Assembly (NCBI GenBank): GCA_016790885.1
Contig: JAEUOE010000001.1
Coordinates: 1 to 46,285, forward strand
From: Dechloromonas sp.
GTDB lineage: Bacteria > Pseudomonadota > Gammaproteobacteria > Burkholderiales > Rhodocyclaceae
Direction: 5' to 3'
DNA: 46,285 nt
Below are positions 29,462 through 38,634 of the stretch, in pieces; position 1 is the first letter of the stretch; each line of letters starts with the position of its first letter. The notes under the pieces were generated by a model. The model was not told where the DNA came from. It saw only the letters and a list, made by a program, of their open reading frames with translations, and did no database searches. Both the position numbers and the translations under genes were made by a program.

Positions 29462-29890
29462 ATGGCGATTGCATCGGCAACATCTTCCGCGTCAGTCAGT
29501 GGCGGGCTGTTTGCTCAGATCCAGCAGCAACAGGCGCAACGGAATGCCGAGCAGGCCGAGTCCAAGGCGCGTGCCTTGCAGGGACAGGCGCGCAGTGCGC
29601 AGGTTGAGGCGGATCGGGCGCAGGAAAACGCACGCTCGATCAAGGTTCAATCGGATCAGGCCTCGGATGACGCCAGTCAGGCGCGTCAGGGGCTGGTCGC
29701 CCTGAAGTCGCTGGGTGAGACACAGGCCCAGTTTGCCGATCTTCGCGAGCAACTCGCCACGATCAAATCCGGTACCAATACGACAGCGAGTACCAATGCC
29801 GTGTCGGCCTCGACATCAGGCGGCGCCTTGGCGCCGGTCGTCAATTCCTTCGGGCAGCCAACCGGTACGCTGGTGAACGTCACCGCCTGA
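29462..29890 (+). CDS. Coiled-coil Q/A-rich protein ending ..TGTLVNVTA
   Basis: GAGGT RBS; S/A-rich N-terminus; followed by a terminator. Confidence 0.75.
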   Translation: MAIASATSSASVSGGLFAQIQQQQAQRNAEQAESKARALQGQARSAQVEADRAQENARSIKVQSDQASDDASQARQGLVALKSLGETQAQFADLREQLATIKSGTNTTASTNAVSASTSGGALAPVVNSFGQPTGTLVNVTA

Positions 29891-29910
29891 AGCTGACGGG
29901 CTGGGTACTC

Positions 29911-29937
29911 GGGGCGCTTCGGCGCCCTTGTTTTTTT
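29911..29937 (+). terminator. Rho-independent terminator
   Basis: GGGCGC-TTCG-GCGCCC followed by a T-run. Confidence 0.85.
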
Positions 29938-29999
29938 GCAAGGAACGTTTCATCTGCTATCATCGATTATGTTTTGTCCTATACAAATCGAGGTCGTCT

Positions 30000-30383
30000 G
30001 TGCTTGAGAATCATTGGTGCGCGTCGGTGGATGCGACGATACAACTCCGAACCGGCTGCAACCCGCTGGAGCAGCATGGGCCGCAGGCGGTGATTGTTCA
30101 TGCCGATGCTTGGTCGCCCATTGAAGCGGTTGGCGACCCGCACGATATCCGGCAGGTTGTCGATTACGAGGTAATCTTCCTGGCGATCCGGGCGCTGGAG
30201 AAAAACGATCACTGCATCTGTCTGGAAAGCAGCATTCTTGAGGTCATGGATGCCATTTTCTCGATGCCCATCGTCAGCGAGGCGCTGGTGTCGATGCACA
30301 AGCCGCACGTTTACAACGGCCAGGGCACCCCGGCGATTTCGCTGCGTCTGAAGCGCGCGCAATGGGTGGCGATGCGTTCATGA
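30000..30383 (+). CDS. Divergent dihydroneopterin aldolase/epimerase (FolB/FolX T-fold) family protein
   Basis: GTG start after GAGGT; G...EQ...Q.V, D....VDY, LES and KP reproduce the FolB Glu/Tyr/Glu/Lys pattern. Confidence 0.65.
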   Translation: MLENHWCASVDATIQLRTGCNPLEQHGPQAVIVHADAWSPIEAVGDPHDIRQVVDYEVIFLAIRALEKNDHCICLESSILEVMDAIFSMPIVSEALVSMHKPHVYNGQGTPAISLRLKRAQWVAMRS

Positions 30384-30898
30384 TTGCGGCGATCGGTGCG
30401 GTGGCGAGCAATGACATGCTCGGACTCGATAACTGGCTGCCCTGGGACATCCCGGAAGAGCTGGCGTATTTTGAGCAAACAGTCGCCGGGGCGGCGCTGG
30501 TGGTTGGTCGGCTGACTTATGAGTCCATGGATGTCGTGCCGGTAGATACCTTTGTCGTGACCGGAAATGAAAATTACGTGGTCCGGCCCGGGTGTCAGCG
30601 CGTTGATTCGGTTGAGGCCGGGTTGCGCCAGGCGCTGGCGACCGGAAAGCCGGTATTCGTTATCGGCGGCGCGTCAATTTATGCTGCCGCCTGGCCCTAT
30701 TGCCAGCGTTTTTTCCTGACTCGCATCGGCAAGCCCTTCGCCGGGGATACTCGCTTTCCGGAGACTATCCCCCTTGATCGCTGGACCGTGGTCGAGGACC
30801 GGCAGGCGAGCTATCTTGAACGGCGCAGTGGCGAACAGGTGGTTTGTCGTTTCATGCAGTACGCACAACCCGTTGTAAAAACGCTGCCTTCGGCCTGA
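30380..30898 (+). CDS. Divergent dihydrofolate reductase-family protein
   Basis: ATGA overlap with upstream ORF; G..N.LPW.IPEEL.YF, GR.TYES, IGGASIY, LTRI, GDT.FP. Confidence 0.85.
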   Translation: MIAAIGAVASNDMLGLDNWLPWDIPEELAYFEQTVAGAALVVGRLTYESMDVVPVDTFVVTGNENYVVRPGCQRVDSVEAGLRQALATGKPVFVIGGASIYAAAWPYCQRFFLTRIGKPFAGDTRFPETIPLDRWTVVEDRQASYLERRSGEQVVCRFMQYAQPVVKTLPSA

Positions 30899-30969
30899 CG
30901 ACGCGCCAAGGATTGCCAAGCCTCGCCGGAGTGGCGCAGAATCCGGAAAAAACAGAGAGGAATGGCAGC

Positions 30970-33900
30970 ATGCCCGCTGCACAAACGACAACCGCGGAGA
31001 CATCGCGCCACTTGTGGCTGGCATTGTGCGCGCTGGCGGTCGGGGCCTTCGTTCTGCTCGCCTATGTCCTCTGGTCCACGCACCAAACCACCTGGGAAGA
31101 ATCGCGTACGCTGGTGCGCAGTCAGGCGGGGCTGATTGAATCCCGGCTGGACGCAACCTTGCGACGCGTCGACGCCAGCCTGGGCGACCTCGCCAACAGC
31201 ATCCCGGATGCTGCGCTGAGCGAAGACTTCAGCGAAACTGAAAAGGCCGCCATCGAGGCGAGGATGGCGCGGCATCTGCATTCGTTTCCGGAACTGGCTG
31301 GATTCCGCGTCATCGACCAGCGCGGTCGTGTGCGTTATCTGGCGGGGGGTGGTGAGTACGCTCAACTTGATGACCGTCACTATTTCATCAGTGCCCAGGA
31401 TGTTGCCGGCGACGGGCTGGTTTTCTCGGAGGTCGTGAATTCACGGATCAACGGCCACAGCGTTCTTGTGGTCGCCCGCGCCGTTCGCGATTCGCAGGGA
31501 CGGGTTCTCGGCATTGTCAGTGCGGCGCTCGAACTGGCGAAGTTCGAGGCCCTGTTTGCGGAAGAGCGACCGGGAAATACCGGCGCAATGGCCGTTCGGC
31601 GAACTGATAATCATGCTCTGGTGGTCCGCTACCCGCCGGCGCCGGCAGAAATCAACCGCAGTCTGAGTCAGACGCATCCGGTCGTTGCACGCATAGCAGC
31701 CGGCGAGCGCGAGGAAACGCTGTCGTTTGCTGCGCAGTCCGATGGTGTCCGGCGTATTTATGCTTTCCGGAAGCTGGAGGATTATCCCTTCTACGTGCTT
31801 GCCGGCTTGTCCGAAGCCGATGCCCTGGCCGTCTGGCGCGAACGGGCCTGGGCGGTGGGCAGCGTGGGCGGTGCACTGTTCCTGTGCTTGGCTGTGGTCA
31901 TGTACGGGCTGTTCCGCGCCCAGGCCCAGGCGCATGCCGCGGCCACCGCGCTGGCCCAGCATCGCCAGCAGTTGCGCGAGGCGCAGCGGTTGGCCAAGGT
32001 CGGCAGTTGGGAGCTCGACCTGCAAAGCAATGTGCTGACCTGGTCGGATGAACTGTTCCAGATTTTCGAACTGGACCCGGCGACGACCGCTACGACTTAT
32101 GCGTTGTTCCTCTCCTATGTTCATCCGGAGGACCGTGAGTTGCTCGAGCGCAGTTACCGCGAGTCGGTCGCCAATCGCCGGAGCTATGACATCGAACATC
32201 GGGTTCTGATGCCGGATGGCCGCGTGAAATACCTGCGGGAGTGTTTCGAAACGCACTATGCCGAGGACGGCATGCCCTTGCGCTCGATCGGTACGGCGCA
32301 GGATGTCACCAGCCACCGCCAGATGGAGTCGAAGATGCAGTTGCTGGGCAGCGCCTTCCATCACAGCGGTGAGGCGATCCTGATCAGCGATCACGACAAC
32401 AATATTGTGACGGTCAATCCGGCGTTTTCGCAGCTGACAGGTTACAGCGCCGAGGAAGCCGTCGGGCGTAATCCACGTTTCCTGTCCGCGGGGCGAACCT
32501 CCGGAGAGGAATATGCGGAGATGTGGGCCAGTATCAACGAGAGCGGATTCTGGCAGGGCGAGATCTGGGATCGGCGCAAGGATGGCGGGGTCTATCCCAA
32601 GTGGATGTCGGTTTCGGTAATCCGCGATGATGAGGGCAGTATCCGTTATTACATCGCCCACTTCACGGATGTCTCATCCGAACGGGCCGCCGAGGCCAAG
32701 TTGCACCACATGGCGCACCACGACGTCCTGACAGGCCTGCTCAACCGCTTCAGCCTCAAGGGGCGGCTCGATCAGGCGCTGGCGGCGGCCCGCCGCGACG
32801 GCGGCCGGGTGGCGGTGATGTTCATCGACCTCGATCGCTTCAAGCTGATCAACGATACCCTGGGACACCATGTCGGCGATTTACTGCTGATCGACGTTGC
32901 CAATCGTTTGCGGGATGCCGTTCGTGACAGCGATGTCGTTGCCCGACTGGGCGGCGATGAGTTCGTGGTCATGCTGACGGCGATTGAAAACAGCAGCGGT
33001 GTCGCGCTGGTTGCCGAAAAATTGGTGAAAGCGGTCGGCGAACCGTATGTCATCGAAGGGCATGACCTGTACACCACACCGTCGATCGGCATTGCGATCT
33101 TCCCGACCGATGGCAGCGACGGTGACGTGTTGATGAAGAACGCCGACGCGGCGATGTACCACGCCAAGAATGCCGGTCGCAACAACTTCCAGTTCTTCGA
33201 CGAGAAGATGAACAGTGCCGCGCTCGAGCGCCTGAACATCGAGCATGCACTACGCCAGGCCTTGTCACGCGAGGAGTTCCGGCTGCACTTCCAGCCGGTC
33301 ATCGATGTTAGATCGGGGCGCGTGGCTGGGGTCGAGGCACTGATCCGCTGGCAACATCCGGAGAAGGGCTTGCTGGCGCCCGGTCGTTTCATCGGGATTG
33401 CCGAGGAGACTGGCCTCATCCAGCCGATCGGCGAGTGGGTTTTCTGGGCGGCCTGCCGGCAACTCGCCGAGTTCAACGCGCTTGGGCTTACCGGTATCTT
33501 CATGGGAATCAATATCTCGGCGATCCAGATGCGCAATGGCAATCTGCCGATTCTGGCCCGTGGTGCGATCGAGGCCTATGGGCTGGACCCGGGGCAACTG
33601 GTTTTCGAGATCACCGAGTCGGTGGCCATGGAGCAGCCCGCCGAGACGATCCGCATCCTTGATATCCTGCACGACATGGGCATCCAGCTGGCGATTGACG
33701 ATTTCGGTACTGGTTATTCCTCGCTCGCGTATCTGCGCATGTTCCCGATCGACCATCTCAAGCTCGATCGTTCGTTTGTCGAGGAAATCGACCAGACCAG
33801 CGATGGGTCGGTGATTTGCGATGCCACCATCGGCCTCGCGCACAACCTGCAGCTACGGATTATCGGTGAAGGCGTCGAAACCGAGGCGCAGTTCGACTAC

Positions 33901-33999
33901 CTCAAGGCGCAGGGCTGCGACCTGGTGCAGGGCTACCTGTTCAGCCGGCCCTTGCCGGCCGACGAAGTTACGGCTTTCATTCATCAGCGCAACGCCTGA
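30970..33999 (+). CDS. Membrane-anchored Cache-PAS-PAS-GGDEF-EAL c-di-GMP enzyme
   Basis: Two TM segments flanking a Cache-like region (DDRHYF, SRING..VLVVAR), two PAS/PAC, intact GGDEF, EAL and DDFGTGYSSL; start MPAAQ after GAGAGG. Confidence 0.92.
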   Translation: MPAAQTTTAETSRHLWLALCALAVGAFVLLAYVLWSTHQTTWEESRTLVRSQAGLIESRLDATLRRVDASLGDLANSIPDAALSEDFSETEKAAIEARMARHLHSFPELAGFRVIDQRGRVRYLAGGGEYAQLDDRHYFISAQDVAGDGLVFSEVVNSRINGHSVLVVARAVRDSQGRVLGIVSAALELAKFEALFAEERPGNTGAMAVRRTDNHALVVRYPPAPAEINRSLSQTHPVVARIAAGEREETLSFAAQSDGVRRIYAFRKLEDYPFYVLAGLSEADALAVWRERAWAVGSVGGALFLCLAVVMYGLFRAQAQAHAAATALAQHRQQLREAQRLAKVGSWELDLQSNVLTWSDELFQIFELDPATTATTYALFLSYVHPEDRELLERSYRESVANRRSYDIEHRVLMPDGRVKYLRECFETHYAEDGMPLRSIGTAQDVTSHRQMESKMQLLGSAFHHSGEAILISDHDNNIVTVNPAFSQLTGYSAEEAVGRNPRFLSAGRTSGEEYAEMWASINESGFWQGEIWDRRKDGGVYPKWMSVSVIRDDEGSIRYYIAHFTDVSSERAAEAKLHHMAHHDVLTGLLNRFSLKGRLDQALAAARRDGGRVAVMFIDLDRFKLINDTLGHHVGDLLLIDVANRLRDAVRDSDVVARLGGDEFVVMLTAIENSSGVALVAEKLVKAVGEPYVIEGHDLYTTPSIGIAIFPTDGSDGDVLMKNADAAMYHAKNAGRNNFQFFDEKMNSAALERLNIEHALRQALSREEFRLHFQPVIDVRSGRVAGVEALIRWQHPEKGLLAPGRFIGIAEETGLIQPIGEWVFWAACRQLAEFNALGLTGIFMGINISAIQMRNGNLPILARGAIEAYGLDPGQLVFEITESVAMEQPAETIRILDILHDMGIQLAIDDFGTGYSSLAYLRMFPIDHLKLDRSFVEEIDQTSDGSVICDATIGLAHNLQLRIIGEGVETEAQFDYLKAQGCDLVQGYLFSRPLPADEVTAFIHQRNA

Positions 34000-34017
34000 A
34001 ATTTCCTGAAAAAGGAC

Positions 34018-34067
34018 TTGCCAGTTCGGCAAGTTTTTCCTATGATTCAAACGAACGTATGAATCAT
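34018..34067 (+). promoter_or_regulatory. Sigma70 promoter overlapped by a PsrA-type operator
   Basis: TTGCCA-17-TATGAT; palindrome ATGATTCAAACGAACGTATGAATCAT. Confidence 0.8.
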
Positions 34068-34078
34068 AGGAGCGCATC

Positions 34079-34765
34079 ATGGCCGAAGCACGCAATGTCG
34101 ATACCCGGGAACGCATTCTTGATGCAGCTGAACGGCTGTTCATGGCTCACGGCTACGAGGGCACCTCGATGCGCCAGATCACCGGCGAGGCCAGCGTCAA
34201 TCTGGCGGCGGTGAATTATCACTTCGGCTCGAAAGAGTCGCTGATGCAGGAGGTCTTCCGGCGGCGGCTGGACTGGCTGAATGAAGAGCGGATGCGGGTG
34301 CTCGATGCCTACGAGAAAGAGGCCGGCGGGATCGCACTGAAGCCGTCGCAGATCGTCGATGGGTTCTTCGGTACCCTGCTGCGCATGGCCGATGACGAAA
34401 CCCACGGCGGCATGACTTTCCTGCGCCTGCTGGGGCGCACGCTGACCGAACCGTCCGAGTTCATCCGCACCTTCCTTGCCCACGAATACAAGCCGGTCAT
34501 GGAGCGCTACAAGGAGGCACTGTTCCGGGCGCTGCCGGAAGTGCCCAAGGCCGAAATCGTCTGGCGCTTTCACTTCATGCTCGGCGCGACTTCCTATGCC
34601 ATCGCCGGTACCGATGCCTTGCGGCTGGTCACCGACTGGCAGATCGAGGAGGAGGACTCGACCGACCGTCTCGATCGCCTCGTGCCGCGCTTGATGTCCT
34701 TCCTGCTCGGTGGCTTGCGCGCCCCGCTACCGCAATACGACCCTTCTGCGGTCAACCCGAAATAA
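34079..34765 (+). CDS. psrA: TetR-family fatty-acid degradation regulator (PsrA-like)
   Basis: TRERILDAAERLF...VNLAAVNYHFGSKE HTH, WRFHFMLGA, FLLGGLRAP; heads the fad cluster. Confidence 0.8.
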   Translation: MAEARNVDTRERILDAAERLFMAHGYEGTSMRQITGEASVNLAAVNYHFGSKESLMQEVFRRRLDWLNEERMRVLDAYEKEAGGIALKPSQIVDGFFGTLLRMADDETHGGMTFLRLLGRTLTEPSEFIRTFLAHEYKPVMERYKEALFRALPEVPKAEIVWRFHFMLGATSYAIAGTDALRLVTDWQIEEEDSTDRLDRLVPRLMSFLLGGLRAPLPQYDPSAVNPK

Positions 34766-34801
34766 CACCCAAAATCAAGAACGAAATTCAGGAGACACAC
34801 C

Positions 34802-37156
34802 ATGTTTGACAGTTTGCTTCCCATCACCGGCCTGGCCCTTCTGGCGCTGCTTGCCGGACTTTTTCTGGTGCCGCCGATCCGGCGGGCGGTGATCACCCGG
34901 CCGATCTTTGCCACCTATCGCAAGGTGTTGCCACAGATGTCGGATACCGAACGCGATGCGCTCGAGGCCGGTACCGTGTGGTGGGAGGGCGAATTGTTCC
35001 GCGGCCATCCCGACTGGCAGAAACTGCACGCCTACCCGCAGCCAAAGCTGACAGCCGAGGAACAGTCCTTCCTCGACAATGAGTGCGAAGAAGCCTGCCG
35101 TCTGGTCGACGACTGGAAAGTGACCCACGAACTCTACGATCTGCCAAATGCCGCCTGGCGCTACATCAAGGACAAGGGCTTCCTTGGCATGATCATCCCG
35201 AAAAAGTACGGCGGGCTGGAGTTTTCAGCCTACGCCCATTCGCAGGTAGTGACCAAGCTGTCGACCCGCTCGTCCGCGTTGTCGGTGTCGGTGATGGTTC
35301 CCAACTCGCTTGGCCCGGCCGAACTGCTGCTGCACTACGGAACCGACGAGCAGAAGAACCACTACCTGCCGCGCCTGGCCAAGGGCATCGAGATTCCCGC
35401 CTTCGCCCTCACCAGCCCGTGGGCCGGTTCCGATGCGGCGTCGATTCCGGACGCCGGCGTCGTCTGCAAGGGGCTGTATCAGGGCAAGGAAGTGCTCGGC
35501 ATGCGCGTGTCTTTTGACAAGCGCTACATCACGCTGGCGCCGGTGTGCACGGTATTCGGCCTGGCTTTCCATTTGTATGACCCGGACGGCCTGCTCGGCG
35601 ACAAGAAGCATATCGGCATCACCTGCGCGCTGGTGCCTTACGATCACCCGGGTGTCGATACCGGTCGCCGCCACTTCCCGCTCAACGCCATGTTCATGAA
35701 CGGCCCGGTGCGTGGCACCGAGGTCTTCATGCCGCTCGAGTTCATCATCGGCGGGCCGAAGATGGCGGGTCAGGGCTGGCGCATGCTGATGGAGTGCCTC
35801 GCCGCTGGCCGCTCGATTTCGCTGCCGTCTTCCAACGCCGGCATGGCCCAGATGACCGCCCGCGCCGTCGGCGGCTATGCCCGGGTGCGTTCGCAGTTCA
35901 AGATGGCCGTCGGCAAGTTCGAGGGCGTCGAGGAAGCGCTGACCCGCATCGGTGCCTACACCTACATGATGGACGCCGTGCGGACGATGACCGCCGGTGC
36001 TGTCGATCTTGGCGAGAGGCCGTCGGTGGTTTCGGCCATCGCCAAGTACCACGTCACCGAGCGCGCCCGTCAGGTCGTCAATGACGGCATGGACGTCATC
36101 GGCGGCAAGGGCATCTGCCTTGGCCCGTCGAATTTCATGGGCCGCGCCTACCAGCAGGTGCCGATCGGCATCACCGTCGAGGGCGCCAACATCCTGACGC
36201 GCTCGCTGATCATCTTCGGGCAGGGCGCCATCCGTTGCCATCCCTTCCTGCTGCCGGAGATGCAGGCGGCGCAGAACCCGGATACCCGCAAGGGCCTGGT
36301 CGATTTCGACAAGGCGCTGTTCGGCCACGTCGGCTTCACCATCAAGAATGGATTCCGTGCGCTGTGGCTGGGCATGACCGGTTCGCATTTCGCCTCGGTG
36401 AATGTCGATACCGCGCCGGAAATGCGCCGCTACTACCAGCAACTGACCCGCTTCTCGGCCGCCTTTGCCTTCATGGCCGACATCTCGCTGCTCGTGCTCG
36501 GCGGCAGTGTCAAGCGCCGTGAGAAACTGTCGGCGCGCCTTGGCGACATTCTCGCCCAGATGTACCTGATCTCCTGCACCCTCAAGCGCTACGAGGCCGA
36601 AGGCCGGCGCGAGGCCGATGCCCCGCTCGCCCACTGGGCGATCTGGGATGCGATGTACAAGGCGCAACAGGCCTTCGATGGCGTCATCGCCAACTTCCCG
36701 ATCCGCTTCATCGCCGCCTTCCTGCATCGCTCCATCTTCCCGTGGGGGCATCCGTATGTCGTGCCGTCGGACGAAGTCGGCCATCAGGTCGCCAAGTTGC
36801 TGATTGCACCATCGGCCACCCGTGATCGCCTGACCGCCGAGTGCTATGTGCCGATGAGCGAGAGCGAACCGGTCGGCGCCATCGAACTCGCCCTGCAGGC
36901 GACGCTGGAAGCCGAGGCCATCGAAGCGAAGATCCGTGCCGCCGAGAAGGCAGGTCGTTTCGACAACAACCCGCGTGCCAATGTCCGCGATATCGCGACG
37001 GTGGCTGCCGAATGTGGCGTCATCACGTCGGCCGAAGCCGAGACTATGCGCCGCCGCAACCACCTGCGCGACATCGTCGTTCGCGTCGATGATTTCCCCT
37101 TCGACTACAACGTGGCGACCGCCAACAAGCCGGCCGAAAGCCGGATGGCGGCTTGA
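34802..37156 (+). CDS. fadE: Acyl-CoA dehydrogenase (FadE type)
   Basis: LPQMSDTERDALEAGTVWWEGELF, VPNSLGP, AGSDA, KRYITLAP, GRSISLP, ITVEGANILTR. Confidence 0.93.
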   Translation: MFDSLLPITGLALLALLAGLFLVPPIRRAVITRPIFATYRKVLPQMSDTERDALEAGTVWWEGELFRGHPDWQKLHAYPQPKLTAEEQSFLDNECEEACRLVDDWKVTHELYDLPNAAWRYIKDKGFLGMIIPKKYGGLEFSAYAHSQVVTKLSTRSSALSVSVMVPNSLGPAELLLHYGTDEQKNHYLPRLAKGIEIPAFALTSPWAGSDAASIPDAGVVCKGLYQGKEVLGMRVSFDKRYITLAPVCTVFGLAFHLYDPDGLLGDKKHIGITCALVPYDHPGVDTGRRHFPLNAMFMNGPVRGTEVFMPLEFIIGGPKMAGQGWRMLMECLAAGRSISLPSSNAGMAQMTARAVGGYARVRSQFKMAVGKFEGVEEALTRIGAYTYMMDAVRTMTAGAVDLGERPSVVSAIAKYHVTERARQVVNDGMDVIGGKGICLGPSNFMGRAYQQVPIGITVEGANILTRSLIIFGQGAIRCHPFLLPEMQAAQNPDTRKGLVDFDKALFGHVGFTIKNGFRALWLGMTGSHFASVNVDTAPEMRRYYQQLTRFSAAFAFMADISLLVLGGSVKRREKLSARLGDILAQMYLISCTLKRYEAEGRREADAPLAHWAIWDAMYKAQQAFDGVIANFPIRFIAAFLHRSIFPWGHPYVVPSDEVGHQVAKLLIAPSATRDRLTAECYVPMSESEPVGAIELALQATLEAEAIEAKIRAAEKAGRFDNNPRANVRDIATVAAECGVITSAEAETMRRRNHLRDIVVRVDDFPFDYNVATANKPAESRMAA

Positions 37157-37163
37157 TTTTTAC

Positions 37164-37274
37164 TCACCGCAGAGGCGCGGAGAACGCAGAGGAACGCAGA
37201 GAAAAGCAATAACTGGCGTCAATCGCCTTGCCTTCCCTCCGCGTATCTCTGCGCCTTCTGCGCCTCTGCGGTGA
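37164..37274. repeat. ~110-bp inverted-repeat element with internal CGCAGAG-type sub-repeats
   Basis: Left arm TCACCGCAGAGGCGCGGAGAACGCAGAG..; right arm reverse-complements to TCACCGCAGAGGCGCAGAAGGCGCAGAG.. Confidence 0.85.
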
Positions 37275-37289
37275 AATTGGTCCTTTGAA

Positions 37290-38570
37290 ATGAAAACAAT
37301 CTACATAGTCGACGGCGCCCGCACGCCCTTCCTGAAAGCGCAGAAAGGCCAGGGGCCGTTTGCGGCCTCCGATCTGGCCACGCAGGCTGGCCGTGCGCTG
37401 CTGCTGCGGCAGCCTTTTGCACCGACTGACCTCGACGAAGTCATCCTCGGCTGCGCCGCACCCTCGCCCGACGAGACCAACATCGGCCGCATGGTCGCGC
37501 TGCGCCTGGGTTGCGGCAAGAAGGTGCCCGGCTGGACGGTGATGCGCAATTGCGCGTCCGGCATGCAGGCCATCGACTCGGCGATTGCCAATATCCAGTG
37601 CGGTCGCTCGGAACTGGTGCTGGCCGGCGGCGTCGATGCGCTCTCAAGGGCGCCGCTGCTTTACTCCGATGCAATGGTGCGCTGGTTCGCTGGCATGATG
37701 GGCCTGCGGACCGCTGGGCAGAAGGTGCAGCACTTTCTCAAGCTGCGTCCGGCTGCGCTGCTGACGCCGGTCATTGGCCTGATGAAAGGCCTCACCGATC
37801 CAGTCGTCGGCCTGCTGATGGGCCAGACCGCCGAGAACATCGCCTGGCGCTTTGGCATTGATCGCCAACAGATGGATGCCTTTGCCGTGCGCAGCCATCA
37901 ACGCGCCATCGCTGGCCGGCAGGCCGGGCATTTCGACGAAGTCGTGCCGCTGGTCGATACCTCGGGCAAGGTTTACGCCGAGGACGACGGCGTGCGCGCC
38001 GACGCGACGCTCGAAGGCATGGCCAAGCCCAAGCCTTTCTTCGACAAGAAATACGGCAACATCACCGCCGCCAACAGTTCTCAGATCACCGACGGCGCTG
38101 CCTGGGTGCTTCTGGCCTCCGAAGAAGCGGTGGCGAAGTGGGGCCTCCTGCCCATCGGCAAGATCGTCGACAGTCAGTGGTCCGGCCTGGAGCCGGAGCA
38201 GATGGGCCTTGGGCCGGTACATGCCTCAACGCACATACTGCAACGGCATGGTCTGAGCCTGGCCGAAATCGACTACTGGGAACTTAACGAAGCCTTTGCC
38301 GCGCAGGTGCTGGCCTGTCAGGCGGCATGGAACGACGACACCTACTGCCGCGAGCAGCTTGATCTACCCGGGGCCCTGGGCGCGATTCCGGAGGATCGCC
38401 TGAATGTCGATGGCGGTGCGGTGGCCATTGGTCATCCGGTCGGCGCCTCGGGGGCGCGCATCGTGCTGCACCTGTTGCACGTCCTGCGCCGGAATCAGGC
38501 TAGGCGGGGCATGGCGACGATCTGTATCGGCGGCGGCCTCGGCGGCGCCATGCTGGTGGAGGCGCTATGA
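37290..38570 (+). CDS. Acetyl-CoA C-acyltransferase (FadI-like thiolase)
   Basis: DGARTPF, NCASG catalytic Cys, NSSQITDGA, NEAFA, GHPVGASG, CIGGG. Confidence 0.92.
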   Translation: MKTIYIVDGARTPFLKAQKGQGPFAASDLATQAGRALLLRQPFAPTDLDEVILGCAAPSPDETNIGRMVALRLGCGKKVPGWTVMRNCASGMQAIDSAIANIQCGRSELVLAGGVDALSRAPLLYSDAMVRWFAGMMGLRTAGQKVQHFLKLRPAALLTPVIGLMKGLTDPVVGLLMGQTAENIAWRFGIDRQQMDAFAVRSHQRAIAGRQAGHFDEVVPLVDTSGKVYAEDDGVRADATLEGMAKPKPFFDKKYGNITAANSSQITDGAAWVLLASEEAVAKWGLLPIGKIVDSQWSGLEPEQMGLGPVHASTHILQRHGLSLAEIDYWELNEAFAAQVLACQAAWNDDTYCREQLDLPGALGAIPEDRLNVDGGAVAIGHPVGASGARIVLHLLHVLRRNQARRGMATICIGGGLGGAMLVEAL

Positions 38571-38634
38571 ACCCTGCCGATTTTTGCCATTTTTCCGGGT
38601 TGACCGCAGCAGTTGCCCGTCAGGAGTTTGCAGG

